From assembly GCA_049652745.1 (NCBI GenBank), contig JBASEY010000042.1:6153-70152 (forward strand): 64,000 nucleotides of DNA, given 5' to 3'. The notes below the pieces were generated by a model. It was not told the origin of the DNA and ran no database searches. It saw only the letters and a program-made list of their open reading frames with translations. This stretch comes from a bacterium (GTDB lineage Bacteria; CSSED10-310). Shown piece by piece: positions 58,393-64,000 of the stretch. Numbering within the stretch: position 1 is the stretch's first letter; each line of letters starts with the position of its first letter. Position numbers and translations under genes: made by a program.

Positions 58393-60537
58393 ATGAAAAA
58401 AGACTTTTTATATTTTTCGATATCGATGACCCTGATTTTTGCTATAGGTATTCAGGTCTCGGAACAGATTGGATTCTGTGCTGATGACGCAGCTTCGGAT
58501 TATATAACGTTGTCGTTGGAAGCCGTCGAACTCCAGAAAACCGGACAATTCATGCGAGCCTGGAAAATATGGGACTCACTTGCGGCCGATCAAAAGTATC
58601 CGGCACGGTGGCACGCCCTGCATCTGGCGGCCTCTTCTCGCATTGCATACCTTAAAGAAATATCCGATATATCAGAGCGAACTTATCAGGATGTATATGA
58701 AACAGCTTTCACTGATTTATCGACACTCAAAGATAACCCGGACTATCCGATGCAGTCGACGGCAGCTCGTGAGTTGGCGAACTTTCTGCTATTTAAGGAA
58801 GATTGGACACGTTTGCTGGATCTGACGAGTAAAATACAATTGGATAGCCGCTATCGGTATATGCAGGCAGAAGCTTATTACCATTTGGGTCGATTCCAAG
58901 AAGCCGAACGGTTGACGCGGGAATTGTTTCTAAAACCCGACAATACCGATATCGTCAAGAATGTCGACGATTTGTACGAAAAAATTATGGCGGCGTTGAA
59001 AAAGAGTATCCCGTCACTCACGCCTCAGCAAATATTTCAACGGGGACGGGCGCTGGATGCTATCGGCAGGCGGCATGAAGCGGCTGAATGTTATCAACAG
59101 GTGATCGACAAGGATATATCACGGGATTTATCTGCCGAAGCCATGCTGTTCAAGGCAAAAGTTTTGTATGACACGTTTCAGAACGATGCATGTCTGGAGC
59201 TTTACGATCGGTTTTTAGCGCTATATCCAGGTCACACGTCGACGGCCACTGTTTTAATGCGGAAAAGCATAGTTTACCGCCGACAGGGAAACGATCCGAA
59301 ATACCTGGAAATGGCTGCAACCGTTGTAGACCGCCACAAGGGAAGCCGCTGGGTAAACACGGTGTTGATTGGGCGAGGAGATTACCATCGAAGCCAAGGT
59401 GATTGGGACAAAGCGGAATCGGACTATCAGCGGGTCATTCAATCCGGCGGCTCAGATCGGGATCAGGCATGGTGGAAGTGGGTCTGGACGGCGTTCAACA
59501 GGGGAAATACGCAGTCGGCATCGGAGAGGTTGGCGCAGATGATGGTTAAATACGCCGCTTCCGGATGGGATTTACCGATGCGGTACTGGCGCGGACGTTT
59601 CTATCAACTTGCGGACGCGAAACCTGAATTATACATCGCGGAGTACGAACGTTTGGCAGCGAATCACGCGTGGGAATATTACGGAGCTCAAGCTTCACGA
59701 CTGTTAAACAAACCTATTCCGGAACCTCTGGCAGAACCTATACCGGCGTTGACTGCTCAGGAAAAGCAATCGCCCTATGTTCAAGCAGCGGAATTTCTGG
59801 AAAAGCTGAGTTTTTGGGATCGTGCTGCGGCGGAATGGGAACGGGGTGCTATTCGTTTACAGCCGATTTCACAAGGATATTTTTTCCGCCAAATGAACAG
59901 CTTGGTCAATACCGGTAAAGTGGCTGAGGCTCGACGACAGGTTATGAAAAAATACGATAAAGCTGTCAACAATGGCCAAATTCCCAGGTTTGCCGCAGAA
60001 ATTCTTTATCCTTTTCCTGAGCGGTTTCGGCCTTTTTACCAAGAATCTACGCAACGTTCCGGTGGATTGGACCCCTGTCTTGCCGCCGCGGTGACTCTGC
60101 AGGAAAGCGGGTTTGACCAATTTGAGTTATCGCACAATTTGGCGGGAGGCCTGATGCAGGTTATGCCGAAGCTGTTTGAACGTTTGGCTGCCGATTGGCC
60201 GGAATCTCCCGGTGTGGATGAATATATGAATCCTGAATTCAATGTGCGGGCGGGAGTGGAATACCTGGCCTGGCTGCTGGAGCGGTTTGATGGATCGATA
60301 CCCAAGGCGCTGGCCGGGTATAATGCCGGTGAGCACAGAGTCGACGGTTGGATACGGGAATACCCTTATTCTGACGAAATATGGATCGAGCACATACCTT
60401 TCCTGCAAACACGTATGTTCGTCAAAAAAGTGATGGAAAATTACAGTTGTTATTCAGCGATATATCCTGAGCTGGGAGGCTCAGCACTGTTTGTCGATGG
60501 CAGGAGCGAGGGGAGCGAAGCCAAAGAACCTCGGTAA
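58393..60537 (+). CDS. soluble lytic murein transglycosylase (Slt family)
   Basis: Signal peptide, long superhelical/TPR-like N-terminal region, C-terminal SLT motif ESGFD...S.AGGLMQVMP. Confidence 0.8.
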   Translation: MKKDFLYFSISMTLIFAIGIQVSEQIGFCADDAASDYITLSLEAVELQKTGQFMRAWKIWDSLAADQKYPARWHALHLAASSRIAYLKEISDISERTYQDVYETAFTDLSTLKDNPDYPMQSTAARELANFLLFKEDWTRLLDLTSKIQLDSRYRYMQAEAYYHLGRFQEAERLTRELFLKPDNTDIVKNVDDLYEKIMAALKKSIPSLTPQQIFQRGRALDAIGRRHEAAECYQQVIDKDISRDLSAEAMLFKAKVLYDTFQNDACLELYDRFLALYPGHTSTATVLMRKSIVYRRQGNDPKYLEMAATVVDRHKGSRWVNTVLIGRGDYHRSQGDWDKAESDYQRVIQSGGSDRDQAWWKWVWTAFNRGNTQSASERLAQMMVKYAASGWDLPMRYWRGRFYQLADAKPELYIAEYERLAANHAWEYYGAQASRLLNKPIPEPLAEPIPALTAQEKQSPYVQAAEFLEKLSFWDRAAAEWERGAIRLQPISQGYFFRQMNSLVNTGKVAEARRQVMKKYDKAVNNGQIPRFAAEILYPFPERFRPFYQESTQRSGGLDPCLAAAVTLQESGFDQFELSHNLAGGLMQVMPKLFERLAADWPESPGVDEYMNPEFNVRAGVEYLAWLLERFDGSIPKALAGYNAGEHRVDGWIREYPYSDEIWIEHIPFLQTRMFVKKVMENYSCYSAIYPELGGSALFVDGRSEGSEAKEPR

Positions 60538-61802
60538 ACAACCCGCATCGATTCCGACGCGTATTGTGTCGATTGAGGTTTCCAGAGCAGGCATTCACCG
60601 TTTTCGAGGTTGCCCGGGTTCCAGCCGGGTCTTAGAAATTTCACATTGTTTCCAGTAAATCGATATATTCCTGTATCGCATTTCTCGAGTTTTCGTGGGA
60701 TTGCAAGGCCACCGGGACGATAAATCCGCTGACCGCCCGGGTTCGGCGCTGCCGGCGCATTTCTCCAAGGCCAATTCAGATCCATGGATGTACTCAGGTG
60801 GGCGGCAATCAACGGAGGCGCATCGCCCGACATTTCCATCGGCGTCAAGACAGGCGTCGAAGCGGTGATCCTCGGATTGATTTCGATGGCGTAAAATAAA
60901 CCGGTATCCTTTTCCAAAATGATATCCATACCCCAAAAACCGAAAAATCCTTTTTGATGCAAAACGGAGCCTGTTTTGTGTGCGATTCCTTGTGTCTGCC
61001 GCGCCACTTCAGATGAAAACTCACCCCAATGATTACCGGCTGAACCGATCCGTTTCGGCAAACCGTCAGTCGATTCGATAGTGATGGTTTCCTGAAGGAA
61101 GGGATGTGAAACCAGGGTAAAACCATCTTTGAACACACAGGCATTGACCGTCCAGGTATCGCCTTCAATTTTTTGACTGACTCGGCAATATCGGTTGGGA
61201 AACCGCTTGAGCAAAGCGGCCCAATCTTCTGTCGATGTGACCAGGAAAGTTCGGTTGCCTGAAAATCCCTTGGCAAATTGGCAGATAAACGGGAAAGGCG
61301 ACAGAGGCGGTTTCCGGATTAGGGTGTTTTCGCTGTCCAACAATAATTTTTTTGTGCTTGGAATTTGGACGCATGCTTGACGGGCTATGGCCGGGAAGAG
61401 CAATTTATTCTCCAGCCGCCTGGCTGCCGCCGGATCGCAGCCGATGACGTTGAAGCCCAGTTGACGCAGCTTTTGCGCGCTTTCGGCATCGGGTTTGAAC
61501 ATCAGAATCGATACCGGTTGATCGAGTGTTTTCATAAATGCTGTTGTCTGGCTATTTAACAATAGTTTTGCGGTGTTGTTTTCCGGAGCTCCAGATTGCT
61601 CTTCAAGACAAAAAACACGTATCCCCAGATTCCTCCATGATGTTACCCATGGATGATGTTCTGAAACGATCAGGACAAGATTTTTTACTCTGCCGTCGAG
61701 AGGAAAAACCTGTATGGTTTCTACACCTGCAGAAACGAACGTTCCGGGGATTTGGTTCAAATACTCCGCCCAATCGAGAGGCTTGTTCATATATGTTTCC
61801 AC
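60450..61802 (-). CDS. ATP-grasp domain protein of unknown specificity
   Basis: The C-terminal region (GFWGMDIILEKD...YAIEINPRITAS) matches the ATP-grasp Mg/ATP-binding fold. Convergently overlaps the SLT gene end by about 88 nt, so the C-terminus is uncertain. Confidence 0.5.
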   Translation of the reverse strand: METYMNKPLDWAEYLNQIPGTFVSAGVETIQVFPLDGRVKNLVLIVSEHHPWVTSWRNLGIRVFCLEEQSGAPENNTAKLLLNSQTTAFMKTLDQPVSILMFKPDAESAQKLRQLGFNVIGCDPAAARRLENKLLFPAIARQACVQIPSTKKLLLDSENTLIRKPPLSPFPFICQFAKGFSGNRTFLVTSTEDWAALLKRFPNRYCRVSQKIEGDTWTVNACVFKDGFTLVSHPFLQETITIESTDGLPKRIGSAGNHWGEFSSEVARQTQGIAHKTGSVLHQKGFFGFWGMDIILEKDTGLFYAIEINPRITASTPVLTPMEMSGDAPPLIAAHLSTSMDLNWPWRNAPAAPNPGGQRIYRPGGLAIPRKLEKCDTGIYRFTGNNVKFLRPGWNPGNLENGECLLWKPQSTQYASESMRVVYRGSLASLPSLLPSTNSAEPPSSGYIAE

Positions 61803-62854
61803 TTTCGGATGAACCGTTCGATTTCACCATACGTGAGCGCCGTGCAGACAGGGGCGTCGCCGAAATCGGGTTCTGATTGATTGTCTGAGTAACGTTTGCC
61901 GGTCAAAACCACCAGTGGGGTTCCAACGCCGCCCGCACGGCGCCAGCGGATCGCAGCGGCAAGAGCGCAACAGCCTTCGGAGGAGGTTTGAATGCTTTCT
62001 TTTTTCAATAGGTCATGCATATTTTCCGCATCGGAGTCATTCGTCAACCAACCCGAACCTCCGGTCGAGCGGATATATGTCAGCAATTCCGGATTCAATT
62101 TAGAAGAAGAAACGCCTCCGAATCCAGGGCTTCGGCCGTTCACTGGCATCGAGGGGGGTGAATCGTCGAATTCGGATGCTATAGCCGTGGCCTTCCCGGC
62201 TTGCACGGCGTGGAGTTCCGGGATTTTATCTATTTTGCCTTTTAAAACCATGTTTTTCATGGCGCGAGCGATACCTACCAGGGTTGCGCCGCTGGTCGTG
62301 AAAATGAAAATACTGCTGAATTTCCGGTGCGTGTAGAGCTCGCCCAGTGCATATCCCAGAGTCATGAATCCCTTTACTGCATTATCATCAGTGGAGGGTC
62401 TCAGGTTCGGCATACCGAAGCGTCGAGCGGCGTTTCGCGCTCGGTTTATCGGACTGTCACAGATGATCAGGCGTGGTTTGTATCGGGCGGCGGCGGTGAG
62501 TTTTACTGGATGAGTGTGTGGTGATACAAACACGAAGACCGGCATATCCGCTTGCGCGCCTGCAGCAGCGACCGCGACAGCGGCATTTCCCGATGACGGA
62601 ATGATCACTCCCGGCGCACCGGCCTGTCGCGCCAGACTGACCTGAAAAATGGCGGCTCGATCTTTGTGTGACCCTGTCGGGCAGTTCTGTTCCATTTTGA
62701 ATAGGCACGGTCCGATATCCCGGATGGTGCGGTGTTCGACAGGGGTTTCGGGAAAGCCGGGTAAACGGATTTCACGAGGCGGCGAGTCAGGTATTGTTTC
62801 GGCATATTGCCAATAAGCGTCCAACAACCGGTTTGTTCGTGAATTATCGATCAC
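61787..62854 (-). CDS. fold-type II PLP-dependent enzyme (threonine synthase / TrpB-like)
   Basis: Lysine motif PTGSHKDRAA. Gly-rich PLP phosphate-binding loops. Overlaps the ATP-grasp gene by 16 nt. Confidence 0.7.
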   Translation of the reverse strand: MIDNSRTNRLLDAYWQYAETIPDSPPREIRLPGFPETPVEHRTIRDIGPCLFKMEQNCPTGSHKDRAAIFQVSLARQAGAPGVIIPSSGNAAVAVAAAGAQADMPVFVFVSPHTHPVKLTAAARYKPRLIICDSPINRARNAARRFGMPNLRPSTDDNAVKGFMTLGYALGELYTHRKFSSIFIFTTSGATLVGIARAMKNMVLKGKIDKIPELHAVQAGKATAIASEFDDSPPSMPVNGRSPGFGGVSSSKLNPELLTYIRSTGGSGWLTNDSDAENMHDLLKKESIQTSSEGCCALAAAIRWRRAGGVGTPLVVLTGKRYSDNQSEPDFGDAPVCTALTYGEIERFIRKWKHI

Positions 62855-63980
62855 GGTTTATCGATCCTGTATCGGTTTTATCATTATTTTTTTGAGCCTG
62901 GCGTATTCTATCTCTGACAAGTCGACGGTAGCCGCGAGGCCCCGAATTGAACCGGTAGTGAAATCCTGCGCCGGCGGGACTCAGAACCAGGGCGTCGCCG
63001 GGGCGCAGCAATCTATCCGCCAGCTCCATAGCTTCTTCCAGGTTCGGTACATTGTGAACCGGGACCGATCCTGCCTGCTCGGCAACAGCTTGACCTGCAT
63101 CACCCGGTAAGCAAATGATATGTGTTGCACGATGCTGGGTCATAGCCTGCCGCAGGTGGCTGTAATCATCTCTGTTTCCTTTGATTTCGCCGCCGCAGAT
63201 CAGAATGATCGGTCTGTCGAGTGACTCCAAAGCCATGCGTGTGGCTTCGGGATTCGTGCAGGCCTCATCGTCGAAATAAACGATCTCGTTGGCTTCGCCG
63301 AGGTATTCCAGTCGGTGACGAACACCATGAAACGACCGAATGCCTTGTTGAATCGCTGATGCAGAAGCACCGGCGATAAATGCGGCAGTTGCGGCGGCGA
63401 GGCTGTTCAACAGGTTATGATGACCAGGCAGGCAAACATCGGAGGTGTCGAACAGATGATGAGAACGGCCATTTTCATCAAGAAACAGGCACTGTGAAGC
63501 TTTAAAACCTGTCGACAGAGGTGTTGCAGGGATCGACGATCCGTACATGACACATTTAGATTGGGTTTGTTGGGAGATAATACGGGAGCTTGGATCTTCG
63601 GTGTTCAGTATTGACCAGTCTTTTTCCGTTCTCGCTGTAAAAAGCTTGGTTTTGGTTTCACGATATGCTTCGAATGAGCCATGTTCGTCGATATGGTCCG
63701 GGCGGATATTTGTCAGGATCGCGATATGGGGTTTTTGGCCCAGTTCCATGAGTTGGCGGTTTGAAATTTCCAATAGCAGAAAACCGTTGGAAGGAAGCGC
63801 ATCCAGGTCTGTAAGAACTTGAGGGTGATACCGGTCGTTACCGCTGGTCAGGCAGGGAATACCGGCGGTTTTCAGCAGGTGCGACAGGCAGGTGGTCACG
63901 GTGGTTTTCCCGTTGGTGCCGGTCACGCCGATGATTGGCGCCGGGGACAGGGCGAAATACATTTGTGTCAAAAAGAACAT
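62844..63980 (-). CDS. Mur ligase family protein, MurD-like (N-terminus may lie beyond or at the window edge)
   Basis: GVTGTNGKTT P-loop, LEISNRQL and NIRPDHIDEH motifs, C-terminal H.VRHR.E motif. All resemble UDP-MurNAc-L-Ala:D-Glu ligase. Confidence 0.6.
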   Translation of the reverse strand: MFFLTQMYFALSPAPIIGVTGTNGKTTVTTCLSHLLKTAGIPCLTSGNDRYHPQVLTDLDALPSNGFLLLEISNRQLMELGQKPHIAILTNIRPDHIDEHGSFEAYRETKTKLFTARTEKDWSILNTEDPSSRIISQQTQSKCVMYGSSIPATPLSTGFKASQCLFLDENGRSHHLFDTSDVCLPGHHNLLNSLAAATAAFIAGASASAIQQGIRSFHGVRHRLEYLGEANEIVYFDDEACTNPEATRMALESLDRPIILICGGEIKGNRDDYSHLRQAMTQHRATHIICLPGDAGQAVAEQAGSVPVHNVPNLEEAMELADRLLRPGDALVLSPAGAGFHYRFNSGPRGYRRLVRDRIRQAQKNNDKTDTGSINRDR

Positions 63981-64000
63981 CGGGACACCCGATTGGCGGG

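Noticed and set aside
60450-60537. 88-nt convergent overlap between the SLT gene end and the ATP-grasp gene end
   Set aside because: Probably a start/stop or frame call issue rather than biology. Noted under the operon finding, not treated as a separate feature.
1-64000. Search for CRISPR arrays, tRNA and rRNA genes
   Set aside because: No regularly spaced direct repeats of 25-40 bp, no cloverleaf-capable conserved tRNA motifs (GTTC..A) in intergenic regions, and no rRNA-like segments were seen. Absence cannot be proven without tRNAscan-SE or Infernal.

Overview
The window is a 64-kb chromosomal segment (about 50% GC) from an unidentified Gram-negative-type bacterium. It is densely packed, with about 49 supportable CDSs and no rRNA, tRNA or CRISPR array that I could find by eye. 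Most genes concern the cell envelope. Core genes: a secreted MsrB-MsrA fusion, asnS, lysS, mscL, plsC, cvpA, an NCS2 purine permease, a D-Ala-D-Ala carboxypeptidase, a soluble lytic transglycosylase and a MurD-like ligase. Proteolysis and membrane quality control: two separate TldD/PmbA metalloprotease pairs and three consecutive SPFH (HflK/HflC-like) proteins. Glycan synthesis: two GT2 enzymes, a 996-aa methyltransferase/coiled-coil/GT2/GT2 polypeptide, GT-C-like membrane proteins and a B12-radical-SAM + GT-B + cvpA operon. Transport and regulation: two ABC-2 exporters, a bona fide regulatory-domain-less sigma-54 activator, and a second FHA-GAF sigma-54-like protein whose ATPase motifs are degenerate. 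Features I cannot place in a described family or architecture: (1) a CDF-type metal-transporter transmembrane domain fused to an SPFH domain, leading the three-gene SPFH operon; (2) a 1103-aa secreted protein with about 12 tandem 27-aa repeats (GDDxY...QGAA...GxGxLxD), followed by HEAT and TPR repeats; (3) a 1001-aa lipoprotein made of three tandem, DNA-level duplicated FGE/SUMF1-type domains; (4) a family of about 200-bp intergenic repeats carrying ATTGGAN heptad tandems and a polypyrimidine tract, one copy of which appears to truncate a RelE/ParE toxin gene while two direct copies bracket mscL; (5) an ATP-grasp + fold-type-II PLP enzyme + Mur-ligase operon. A lower-GC block (about 51.3-54 kb) holds a Bro-N/DinD-like gene, the toxin-antitoxin remnant and mscL, and looks like a small accessory islet.
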